A stretch of DNA of 24,000 nt, from contig NZ_BMYR01000015.1 of NCBI RefSeq assembly GCF_014652375.1, positions 1 through 24,000 on the forward strand, read 5' to 3'. The DNA comes from Alishewanella tabrizica (GTDB lineage: Bacteria > Pseudomonadota > Gammaproteobacteria > Enterobacterales > Alteromonadaceae). Positions 7,539-15,650 of this stretch are shown one piece after another; the first letter of the stretch is position 1, and each line of letters opens with the position of its first letter. A program made the translations under genes and the position numbers. Below the pieces are notes generated by a model that was not told where the DNA came from, did no database searches, and saw only the letters and a program-made list of their open reading frames with translations.

Positions 7539-8744
7539 TTACTGTGCAGTGTTTAACACTGCGATATTACGCCCGGCTTTTTTCGCGGCGTATAAGGCTT
7601 CATCGGCCCGTTTTAGTAGGGCCATTGGTGCTTCGGTTTTCTGTTTGATACAACAGCCTAAGCTAATGGTAACGGTCACGGTTTTTTCACCCGCGCTGCG
7701 GCCACGTTGTTGTTTACCGTTATCCGCTTGGCTGGGGCGATTAGGTTTGCGGATCACCAGCGGGTATTCTGCTACCGCCAGCCGTACCTCTTCGAGTTTT
7801 TCTTCTAAGCGTTCAACATCGTTGTGGTTAAACACCAGCGTAAACTCTTCTCCACCGTAACGATAGGCGGTGAGTCCTTTTATTTGGCTTAACAGCGATC
7901 CCAACAGTTTTAGTACCTGGTCCCCCACATCATGGCCATAGGTGTCGTTAAACTTTTTAAAGTGATCAACATCCAGCATACATACTGCGCTGCGGCGGCC
8001 TAAACGGTTTAAATGTGACATAAGCGCGCGGCGTTGCGGCAATTGCGTTAGCTCGTCTATATAGGCTAAATGCAGCATTTGTAAGGCAAGTGTCAATAAT
8101 ATGGCCAAGGTAGCGGCAATTATTGCCCAGCCAGCCAATGCCAGATTGTGGCTATATTGAATACTTACTAAGGTGGCAAGCCAGACGGCAAATTGGCCCC
8201 ATTGCGCCGGATGCCTGGGGGCTAAATTAATGCTGATTAACCAAAGTCCCGCAATAATGGTGCAAAACCACGCATGTAACCACGTAAAGTGCTGGCTACC
8301 GGGTAGGGTATTAAACACGATGGGCGGCAATTGCGCGGCAGTAAGCCATGTGCTTAGTGGCAATACCAAGCTTAGCAACAAGAGTGCGGGGCCGCTTAAT
8401 AACAGTAATAGTCCGGCCGGTTTAGTCATAAGTGGTTTGGGTAGCAGGGCCAGTGCGAGCATCATGCTCGCACTGAGCAGTGGCAGTACCGTAAGATAAT
8501 TTATAGGGCTATCGGCTATGAGTACGCGGCTAGATTGATAATGTAACACCGCGAAATGGCTGGCTAAGAGAACGATCCAATACACCCATTCTGTTTGTCG
8601 CATTAATAAAGCCAACCCTAATACCGTTGCTAGTGCTAGGTAGGCGGTGCCGGGAAAAGGTAATAACGTAAATACGGCCAAATGCGGATAAAATCCCAAG
8701 GCAATCAACAACAATACGACAGGTAAGAGGATAATAGCAGGCAA
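7539..8744 (-). CDS. Membrane-anchored diguanylate cyclase (multi-TM N-terminal domain plus GGDEF domain with a GGEEF motif)
   Basis: 401 aa with about 8 hydrophobic helices, then DELTQLPQRRAL...DVDHFKKFNDTYGHDVGD...RYGGEEF...RADEALYAAKKAGRN. The start is TTG with GAGG 5 nt upstream. I see no RxxD I-site just before GGEEF. There is a basic insertion of roughly 15 aa (RKPNRPSQADNGKQQRGRSAGE) before the TISLG strand. Confidence 0.85.
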   Translation of the reverse strand: MPAIILLPVVLLLIALGFYPHLAVFTLLPFPGTAYLALATVLGLALLMRQTEWVYWIVLLASHFAVLHYQSSRVLIADSPINYLTVLPLLSASMMLALALLPKPLMTKPAGLLLLLSGPALLLLSLVLPLSTWLTAAQLPPIVFNTLPGSQHFTWLHAWFCTIIAGLWLISINLAPRHPAQWGQFAVWLATLVSIQYSHNLALAGWAIIAATLAILLTLALQMLHLAYIDELTQLPQRRALMSHLNRLGRRSAVCMLDVDHFKKFNDTYGHDVGDQVLKLLGSLLSQIKGLTAYRYGGEEFTLVFNHNDVERLEEKLEEVRLAVAEYPLVIRKPNRPSQADNGKQQRGRSAGEKTVTVTISLGCCIKQKTEAPMALLKRADEALYAAKKAGRNIAVLNTAQ

Positions 8745-8839
8745 TGTAACCTCAGGTTGGCAGCGCAGTTAGTTAAAGAATGGCATTTCGCAACAAGGCT
8801 TATGGAAGCGCTAGTGTAACAGTATCTGGTTAGCAAAAT

Positions 8840-8865
8840 ATAGCGTGATAACGATAGCGTGATAA
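8840..8865. repeat. Tandem direct repeat ATAGCGTGATAA-N2-ATAGCGTGATAA (14-bp period) in a divergent promoter region
   Basis: Two perfect 12-mers at 8840-8851 and 8854-8865. They lie just upstream of a possible extended -10 element (TGgTAAAAT, 8892-8900) for the hydrolase gene. Confidence 0.6.
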
Positions 8866-8941
8866 AGGCTGATGCATATCCGGCAGGGGACTGGTAAAAT
8901 AGTACAGCATATCTTCAGCGCCTTTTCTGGCCAGGAACATC

Positions 8942-10867
8942 GTGAACGCACTTGTTAGCTTTTTATCTACTTTATGCCTGTTAGGGACGCAGAATCGCCT
9001 GTGGAAGCTAGGCGCAGTGTTGGTATTTTTAGGGGTAATAACGGGGTGTGCTTCGGTATCGGTAGATACGGTAGATAGTCGCGATTACGTAAAGCAGCGG
9101 CGTGGTGATGTGCTCACTACGGGTGAACTTAGCCAATATACTGGCGTAGTATTGCAAATTTTAGGGCTGGATGAAAAAAGCTGCCAGCGCCAAGCTTCAC
9201 AATGTGCTGATATGTTAAGTACTGCCATGGGATTAACCACCGAGCAGCGTTTGTCTACCATGGCCGAGCTGTGGTTACATCAAGCCTTATGGTATGGCAA
9301 GCCAAGACAAAAAGCGTTATTGGCAGAGTTAGATGCCTATCTGATGAGTGCGCGTTATGCTTATGCTTATCTGTTTTACTCTGGTGTAGCGCCTTACGAG
9401 CGCTTATTTGCAGATCGGCAAACGCAAGTGCGTGATTATTATAATTTTGCTGTTCAGCAAGCGGCCACCTTATTGTTTGCTCAAGAGCAGCGGCGTTGGC
9501 TATCTGAATCGACCACGGTGTTGCACACGGATAAGTGGCAGTTACGCAGTTTATTGCAGCATCAACGCTTTCGAGAACAGGGTTTACCCGAGCAATTGTT
9601 GCCGGCGAATAATTGGTCTTTTCGGGGATTACGTAATCAATATCGGCGCGATGGTTTAGGGGCTGAATTGGTCGCGATAGGAAAAAGCAGCCAACGTTGG
9701 CAAAGCGAGCAGGGCTTTAGTGAGCTACCGGTACCGGTTGTTACGGCGTTATTAAGTTTTGGTGGCGAGACCTTAGAAGAGGTATTACGCACGAATCAAG
9801 CAACGTTACATGTGTTGGATCCTCTGCAGCAACGCGACGTAAAGATTGCCGGCAATCCGGTACCCTTAGCCGCAAATTTTACTGCGGGCTATGGCTTGTG
9901 GTTAGCCCGTTCCGATTTTTCCCGCCAAGCGTTTTGGAATTTAATGGGCACCCGTGATGCCTTAGCCGAGCCGCACTTGTTCTTAATGCAACCGTACGAT
10001 CCCGATCGCAAAATTATTGTCATGTTGCATGGCATTGCTAGCAGCCCCGAAGCGTGGGTCAATACGGCGAATGAGGTATTAGGCGATGATACCCTGCGCG
10101 AAAATTATCAGGTATGGCAGTTATATTATCCTACCAATTTACCGCTGATCATAAATGTACAAAGTATTCGGCAAAGCATCCATCAAGCCCTACAGCATTT
10201 TGACCCGGCGGGCAGTGCGGCCGCTTCGCAAGATATGGTATTAATTGGCCACAGTATGGGCGGCTTATTGTCGCGCTTGTTGGTGTCGAATTCGGGTGAA
10301 CAGGTGCTACAGCGGATTTTAGCGCAGCGGCATATGTCGGTTGAGCGCAAAGCCGTATTTTTCGAACGTTTTCATCAAGATCTTACCTTTAATGCGCTGC
10401 CGGGTGTTACCCGAGCTATTTTTGTGGCGGCGCCACATCGCGGTACCAGTGTGGCTGATAATCGCCTAGCCCGTTGGTTGGCGGGGTTAATTACCTTACC
10501 CGTAGCGGTATTAGAGCGCTTTGCCCAAGCGGCTGAGTTATTGGCCGATCCTGATGATGCCGAATCGACCAAGGTAGTGCGTTTTACCAGTATCGAAAAT
10601 CTGAGTGATAAAGATGGTTTTATTATCGCGGCGGCAGATTTACCCATTAGCCCTGCTGTGCGTTACCACTCTATTATTGGTGTTGAACAACCCGCGCTAC
10701 CCATTACTGAACAATCGGATGGTGTCGTTCCTTACTTAAGTGCGCATTTGGAGGGGGCTGAATCGGAAATGATTATTCGTTCGGGCCACAGTGTACAAGA
10801 AACGTCAGCCGCTATTTTAGAAATACGACGTATTCTGCATCAGCATTTGGTGGAGCTACCAAATTAA
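8942..10867 (+). CDS. Lipoprotein with a C-terminal alpha/beta-hydrolase (lipase/esterase-like) domain and a ~340-aa N-terminal domain of unknown function
   Basis: 641 aa. GTG start with AGGAA 4 nt upstream. Lipobox LGVITG-C at about residue 35. The hydrolase part shows VMLHGIASSPEAW (oxyanion region) and the nucleophile elbow LIGHSMGGLLSR, with late SDGVVP and GHSV as candidate Asp and His. Confidence 0.75.
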   Translation: MNALVSFLSTLCLLGTQNRLWKLGAVLVFLGVITGCASVSVDTVDSRDYVKQRRGDVLTTGELSQYTGVVLQILGLDEKSCQRQASQCADMLSTAMGLTTEQRLSTMAELWLHQALWYGKPRQKALLAELDAYLMSARYAYAYLFYSGVAPYERLFADRQTQVRDYYNFAVQQAATLLFAQEQRRWLSESTTVLHTDKWQLRSLLQHQRFREQGLPEQLLPANNWSFRGLRNQYRRDGLGAELVAIGKSSQRWQSEQGFSELPVPVVTALLSFGGETLEEVLRTNQATLHVLDPLQQRDVKIAGNPVPLAANFTAGYGLWLARSDFSRQAFWNLMGTRDALAEPHLFLMQPYDPDRKIIVMLHGIASSPEAWVNTANEVLGDDTLRENYQVWQLYYPTNLPLIINVQSIRQSIHQALQHFDPAGSAAASQDMVLIGHSMGGLLSRLLVSNSGEQVLQRILAQRHMSVERKAVFFERFHQDLTFNALPGVTRAIFVAAPHRGTSVADNRLARWLAGLITLPVAVLERFAQAAELLADPDDAESTKVVRFTSIENLSDKDGFIIAAADLPISPAVRYHSIIGVEQPALPITEQSDGVVPYLSAHLEGAESEMIIRSGHSVQETSAAILEIRRILHQHLVELPN

Positions 10868-10933
10868 TTTAGCATGTCTATGTTGTGAGGTGATTCACTA
10901 AAATGTGCTGAGTGATTAGCGCCTGTGATTTAA

Positions 10934-10968
10934 ACAAATTGGACTTGCTTTTAGCAAGTCCAATTTGT
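10934..10968. terminator. Perfect 16-bp hairpin between convergent genes (putative bidirectional terminator)
   Basis: acaaattggacttgct-ttt-agcaagtccaatttgt. It lies 67 nt after the hydrolase stop and 16 nt after the protease stop on the other strand. Confidence 0.6.
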
Positions 10969-10983
10969 ACTTCTACTTGAAGA

Positions 10984-12867
10984 TTAGTAATTTACTGAAA
11001 TATTGTCTGAACAGGTGCTGCTACCTGTTTGACAGATACGGTAGGTTAAAGTACCCGTGCCACGTAGATTAGTATTGTCAGTATAATTGCCGGTATTATT
11101 TACGGTAGCGATTCTGCTGTTATTCCGGAATATATCAACTTGGTTGCTGTTAGCGCCGGTCCAACTTAAATCTGCACGAACCCTGTTGGATACTTTATAC
11201 GTAACTGCGTCTAAAAGGATAGGGCCGCTGGAATCTCCTCCTCCATTATCGCCACCGCCATTACCCGCGTCACCGGCACATCCAAAGGTCGATAACTGTT
11301 GATGAGCAGCTAACGCTTTTACGATGCCATATCCAAAATAGACATCTTTTCCTGACGTGCCAGCATCTTGCGCTGTTGTTTTAAGTGCTTGGCGGATCTC
11401 AGTACCGGTACAAGTAGGATGATTAGACCAAACCAAAGCAGCAATACCGGCTACGGCAGGTGTTGCCATTGACGTTCCACTCATATAGCCATAATCAGCC
11501 GCACCAACAGAAATATTGGCGCTACCTGCTGAAATAATACTATTACGATCTTCCAAGGCGACACCAACAGCAGGGATAGAAGTCGTGTTAGTTGTTCCTA
11601 AGGTTGCAGCGAGTAATCCTGGCTCATTGTTGATGATAATTGCACCAATACCACCTGAAAGCTCACAGTTACGAACTTTGTCCACAAATGAAATTTGACC
11701 GCGATCTATGGTACACACCTTTCCTGCTGCTGCTGTATTTGTCGTGGTTGCAAGCCCCATGTAATAGGTTTGACCAGAAACAGAACCTTGGTTTTCCATT
11801 GCCGATGCAGCATAACCGGTGTTATCCATGGTTAAGCTGGCCATTGTCGCACCACCAGAGGGATAAGTTGACAGGGTATCCACTCCACCAGCAGTTGCCT
11901 CGACACAGAAACCATCATGTGTTTCTGTTGTTTGGGTTTTCCCTCTTCCAGAAGAAACAGTACAGCTTGGGAACTGAGAAAAAGACGCGATTTGATTGTT
12001 GGCATCATTTGCGCCAATCATCATGACTGATTTATAGCCTGCAGGATATGAGCGCGTAGTGTTGCCCGAATTACCTGCTGCAGCAAGAACCAAGCCGCCA
12101 TTAGCAGTAAAATTATTAAAAGCATTTTCTTCAGTGCTGTTTGCGCCACCGCCACCTAAGCTCATGTTAATAATCTTTGCGCCTGCAGCAGCACATAAAT
12201 TAGCTGCATGGGCCAAGCTAGATGAATAGCCCCAACCGCTATCGTTAAATACTTTTATAATATGCAGCGGGTTACCTGGCGCCATACCAATAACGCCAAA
12301 GGTGTTATCGGCTGCGGCGATAGTTCCGGCGACATGTGTGCCGTGAGGGCCGCCATCACGAAACCAATCCCCCGTTCCTGAATCACTATTGCCAGTAACA
12401 CGAGACCAGACAAAATCGGGGTTATATCCACCTGTTTCGCCCGTCTCACGTGAAATGCCTGAATCAATAACACACACTTTTTTTGCATTATTTAGTTGTA
12501 GCGTTAGTAAGTTTGCTTGCGATTGATAAATAGCATAGGGTTTTAGTTGTTGTGCATTGGGATTACCCGCATCGTCTTTAAATAATGACATGGGGTAACG
12601 ACGTTGATCTATTTCAATTAATTTAATGTGCGGGTTATTTAATAAACCACGAACCTCTTCGAGGTTTCTCCCATCAAAAGTGGCAGCGATAAATCCATCA
12701 GAATCTATTTCAATGTGCCCACCCATACGAACGGTAAGCGCTTTGACAATGCCTTTATTACCATTTTCTACTTGGATGACATAACGATCACTTGCCATTG
12801 CATGGGAAGCAAGGCCTAAAGCAAGTAATGTGGCTAACGATACGCGTGTCAATTTATTAGAATTCAT
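10984..12867 (-). CDS. Secreted subtilisin-like serine protease (peptidase S8) with a PA-domain-like insertion and a C-terminal beta-rich domain
   Basis: Catalytic motifs VCVIDSGI (Asp), HGTHVAGTIAA (His) and GTSMATPAVAGIAAL (Ser). The insertion GKVCTIDRGQISFVDKVRNCELSGGIGAIIINNEPG looks PA-like. A Gly-rich linker GNGGGDNGGGDSSG is followed by an ~85-aa tail. I place the start at the ATG at 12867 (AGGAA 7 nt upstream), giving the signal peptide MNSNKLTRVSLATLLALGLASHAMA. The 12996 start in the ORF track adds 43 unlikely residues. Confidence 0.9.
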   Translation of the reverse strand: MNSNKLTRVSLATLLALGLASHAMASDRYVIQVENGNKGIVKALTVRMGGHIEIDSDGFIAATFDGRNLEEVRGLLNNPHIKLIEIDQRRYPMSLFKDDAGNPNAQQLKPYAIYQSQANLLTLQLNNAKKVCVIDSGISRETGETGGYNPDFVWSRVTGNSDSGTGDWFRDGGPHGTHVAGTIAAADNTFGVIGMAPGNPLHIIKVFNDSGWGYSSSLAHAANLCAAAGAKIINMSLGGGGANSTEENAFNNFTANGGLVLAAAGNSGNTTRSYPAGYKSVMMIGANDANNQIASFSQFPSCTVSSGRGKTQTTETHDGFCVEATAGGVDTLSTYPSGGATMASLTMDNTGYAASAMENQGSVSGQTYYMGLATTTNTAAAGKVCTIDRGQISFVDKVRNCELSGGIGAIIINNEPGLLAATLGTTNTTSIPAVGVALEDRNSIISAGSANISVGAADYGYMSGTSMATPAVAGIAALVWSNHPTCTGTEIRQALKTTAQDAGTSGKDVYFGYGIVKALAAHQQLSTFGCAGDAGNGGGDNGGGDSSGPILLDAVTYKVSNRVRADLSWTGANSNQVDIFRNNSRIATVNNTGNYTDNTNLRGTGTLTYRICQTGSSTCSDNISVNY

Positions 12868-13125
12868 AGCGAGGTTCCTACATATAATCCTGGGGCAATA
12901 ATTGCCTATGTTTTTATTCGTCGACCAAAAGTGTGATTTGGTCGCATTCCTAATGTGGAATAAACCAGTAATTGCACGGAGAAAAATAAAAAGCAAGTAG
13001 TTAAATCATGTTTTCCTAAAAGGCTCAAAATGTGTAAAAAAAACGCACTAAAAACGTTTTTTAAATGTATTGAAAACCTGGTTGATCATATTTAGCTTTG
13101 GTATCGCTATGCAGCATCTTTATGC

Positions 13126-13167
13126 TTGCGGCAGATCAAAGCAATCACCCCAACAAGCCTTTATATT
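13126..13167 (+). promoter_or_regulatory. Candidate class-II FNR/CRP-family box (TTGCG-GCAG-ATCAA) plus a -10 element TATATT upstream of hemN
   Basis: The box at 13126-13139 matches TTGAT-N4-ATCAA in 8/10 positions, with a perfect right half. TATATT at 13162-13167 puts the box centre at about -41.5 from a predicted start site near 13174. Confidence 0.45.
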
Positions 13168-13200
13168 GTCGGTTAAACTTCATGCAGATAAGGGTAAAGG

Positions 13201-14580
13201 ATGAAAGCACCTTTGTGGGATGCCGCCTTAGTGGCGAAATACAATATGAATGGGCCGCGTTATACATCCTATCCCACGGCGCTTGCTTTACAGCCAGATT
13301 TTGCACTAAGTACACGGGTTAATGCCATACAGGGTGCAAGTAGCGCGCTAAGCCTGTATGTACATCTACCGTTTTGTCAGCAGCTTTGTTATTACTGCGG
13401 TTGCAATAAAGTGGTGACTCGCCAGCAGCATAAAGCCGATCAGTATTTAACCGCGCTGGCGCAAGAAATGATGCTATACCAGCCGCTGGTGCAGGATAAG
13501 GTGATTTCGCAACTGCATTTTGGTGGCGGTACGCCAACATTTTTAACCGAAGCGCAGTTAAGCCGGTTGCTGGCATTGTTACGGCAGCATTTCAGCATTT
13601 TACCTGATGCAGAGATTAGCATTGAAATCGATCCGCGTAGTTGCAGCGACGAGAAGCTGCGCCATCTAAAGCAGTTGGGTATTAATCGCGTGAGCTTTGG
13701 GGTGCAGGATCTGGATGAAACCGTCCAGATTGCGATAAACCGCGTGCAAGATACCGCACTGATCCGCCATCAGGTGGCGTTGTGTCGTGAACTGGGCTTT
13801 CGCTCTATCAATTTAGATCTTATTTATGGTTTACCGTATCAAAACGCAACATGTTTTGCTGAAACCCTCGCCGAGGTCATTCGGTTAAACCCCGATCGTA
13901 TTTCGTTATTTAGCTATGCACATTTACCTGAACGCTTTGCGGCGCAGCGTAAATTTGCGGCCAGCAGTTTGCCGCAGCCCACCGAGAAGTTGGCACTGAT
14001 GCAATTGGCAATTCAACAGTTTGTGGCCGCGGGGTATCAGTGTATCGGTATGGATCATTTTGCCAAACCTCATGATGCGCTCGCCCTGGCCCAGCAAGCG
14101 GGTAAATTACAACGTAACTTTCAAGGTTATACTACGGCCGGCCAAGATGCCTTGCTAGGATTAGGCGTATCCAGTATCAGCCAAGTAAACGGCGTGTTGT
14201 GGCAAAACAGTAAGGACTTATCAGCCTATTATAATGATATGACCTTTGCTACAACGACAGGAACGCTCCCTGCTGCACGTGGGTTTGCGCTAAGCTGGGA
14301 TGATCGTTTACGTGCCGCCCTGATTAGCCAAGTGATTTGTCATTTTACCTTAGATATCGCTGCCTTTAGCCAACACTGGCAGCTAACGCATTTTTGGCAG
14401 TATTTCGAAACAGCCTTACAACAGTTACAACCCTTTATGGAAGATGGTTTGATCGAGGTCTATGCCGAGCGACTGCAGGTAACACCCTTAGGGCGGCTTT
14501 GGGTACGCAGTATCTGCGCCTGTTTTGATGCTTATTTGCCGCAAGTACAACGGCAGCTGCAGTATTCTTCTGTGGTATAA
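13201..14580 (+). CDS. hemN: Oxygen-independent coproporphyrinogen III oxidase (radical SAM)
   Basis: 459 aa. Essentially collinear with E. coli HemN as I remember it: KYNMNGPRYTSYPTA, LSLYVHLPFCQQLCYYCGCNK (CxxxCxxC), HKADQYL, LHFGGGTPT, GVQD, NLDLIYGLP, RNFQGYT. Confidence 0.95.
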   Translation: MKAPLWDAALVAKYNMNGPRYTSYPTALALQPDFALSTRVNAIQGASSALSLYVHLPFCQQLCYYCGCNKVVTRQQHKADQYLTALAQEMMLYQPLVQDKVISQLHFGGGTPTFLTEAQLSRLLALLRQHFSILPDAEISIEIDPRSCSDEKLRHLKQLGINRVSFGVQDLDETVQIAINRVQDTALIRHQVALCRELGFRSINLDLIYGLPYQNATCFAETLAEVIRLNPDRISLFSYAHLPERFAAQRKFAASSLPQPTEKLALMQLAIQQFVAAGYQCIGMDHFAKPHDALALAQQAGKLQRNFQGYTTAGQDALLGLGVSSISQVNGVLWQNSKDLSAYYNDMTFATTTGTLPAARGFALSWDDRLRAALISQVICHFTLDIAAFSQHWQLTHFWQYFETALQQLQPFMEDGLIEVYAERLQVTPLGRLWVRSICACFDAYLPQVQRQLQYSSVV

Positions 14581-14652
14581 AAAGTTGCTTCAGCCGCTAT
14601 TCAGCCGTTAGCGTCACAATTAGCAGAAGATTAGCCAGAAATGGAGCCTGCT

Positions 14653-15156
14653 ATGAAAACAGGTATGAACAAAACGCTGTTAATTGCGACTTTAATGACT
14701 TTGCCGGCTTGGCCTTTGGCGGCACAGCAACGGGGTTATGATCCCACTGAGCAAGTGGTAAAAGAAGTCGTGGCCTTTACCTTACACCGTGCGGCTGAAG
14801 AAATACTACGGGTATCGCGCATTGATCCAGTTTATCAAGGCTACAGCCGGCACTATGTTGTACGGCATGCCCCGCCACGGTTAGATTCTTACAGCCGTAA
14901 ACAGCTGCATCGTTTAGCGGCCGATCATCAGCGTAAGCTGGCGGGATATGAGCGTGAACTGGATCGCGAGTTAGATAAACTGGCGCGTGAATATCAGCGT
15001 GATACTCGAAAATCTAAGGGGCATCAACGTAAAGCGCATGACAAGTTTCAACGTAAAGTTGAACAGGCGTACGATAAGTTTGCCTTTAAAACGGCGCGTG
15101 AGCATGATCGCTTTGATCAACAACGGGACCGTTTTTTACGTAGCATCAGAGGATAA
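14653..15156 (+). CDS. Hypothetical secreted/periplasmic protein, extremely rich in Arg/Lys/Asp/Glu/Gln (predicted helical)
   Basis: The ORF track starts at 14641. GGAG at 14643-14646 sits 6 nt before the ATG at 14653, giving MKTGMNKTLLIATLMTLPAWPLAAQQ, which is a signal peptide. I recognise no family motif. Confidence 0.6.
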   Translation: MKTGMNKTLLIATLMTLPAWPLAAQQRGYDPTEQVVKEVVAFTLHRAAEEILRVSRIDPVYQGYSRHYVVRHAPPRLDSYSRKQLHRLAADHQRKLAGYERELDRELDKLAREYQRDTRKSKGHQRKAHDKFQRKVEQAYDKFAFKTAREHDRFDQQRDRFLRSIRG

Positions 15157-15180
15157 CACGTCTTGGCCTTTACTGTGTTT

Positions 15181-15195
15181 TGCCACTAAGTGGCA
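15181..15195 (+). terminator. Small hairpin (tgccac-taa-gtggca) 25 nt after the stop of the 14653-15156 gene
   Basis: 6-bp stem followed by gctgtttat. It would be a weak intrinsic terminator. Confidence 0.3.
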
Positions 15196-15294
15196 GCTGT
15201 TTATAACGGCATAGTGCATCTTTATGATATTTTCGATAAAACCGAAATCAAACTAGGGTGTTGGTAAACGTTGAGCTGAAACGCGCGGAAATAA

Positions 15295-15340
15295 AAAACG
15301 CCAGTGTAATATTGTTATAAACACTGGCGTTTTGTGTTTA
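15295..15340 (+). terminator. Strong Rho-independent terminator (A-tract, 11-13 bp stem, T-tract)
   Basis: aaaacgccagtgt-[13-nt loop]-acactggcgtttt followed by gtgttt. It lies about 140 nt downstream of the nearest stop codon. Confidence 0.75.
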
Positions 15341-15403
15341 ACCTTACTTTGTAAAGTAAGTGTTGTTATTGCCCGCTCAGCGGGTGCGTTCCCTGGATAG
15401 TTG

Positions 15404-15420
15404 CCTTTTTAGGTGCATTC
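15404..15420 (+). repeat. Copy 1 of the 17-mer CCTTTTT(A/T)GGTGCATTC
   Basis: 16/17 identical to 15509-15525. The copies are 105 bp apart, upstream of the GAF-GGDEF-EAL gene. Confidence 0.6.
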
Positions 15421-15508
15421 CATATAAAGCAGCTACTATGCCAAAAGTAAAAAACCATATTATTCAATTGTTTGTGCTATTTATTTAATGTCTAATGATT
15501 TTTTAGTT

Positions 15509-15525
15509 CCTTTTTTGGTGCATTC
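15509..15525 (+). repeat. Copy 2 of the 17-mer CCTTTTT(A/T)GGTGCATTC
   Basis: See copy 1. This copy is followed by ttgcacc, so ggtgca-ttct-tgcacc also forms a 6-bp hairpin. Confidence 0.6.
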
Positions 15526-15650
15526 TTGCACCGAAATGGGTACGGCTATGTACTTGTTGCTTTTAATCCTCATTCTTTGCTGCACACTATTGCAATGTGC
15601 TAATGCTCTGCCTACTATGCTTTTATACCTTTACTTAAGCAGATTTATCT

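Noticed and set aside
7525-7860. 111-aa + strand ORF
   Set aside because: It lies entirely antisense to the GGDEF domain of 7539-8744, has low-complexity Ser/Ala/Phe-rich composition and no SD. It is a shadow ORF.
11087-12488. ORFs inside the protease gene: + strand 11087-11302, 11516-11698 and 11640-12026; minus strand in alternative frames 11832-12017 and 12255-12488
   Set aside because: All overlap the S8 protease CDS, which has an intact catalytic triad. None has motifs or ribosome-binding sites.
12868-12996. Upstream extension of the protease ORF (start at 12996) and of the adaptor ORF (start at 17620)
   Set aside because: The internal ATGs at 12867 and 17686 have proper SD sequences and yield canonical signal or lipoprotein peptides. 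The extensions add non-signal residues, and the 17620 extension overlaps the predicted promoter.
13098-13322. 74-aa + strand ORF overlapping the hemN start
   Set aside because: It is out of frame with hemN, spans the promoter region and has no supporting motif.
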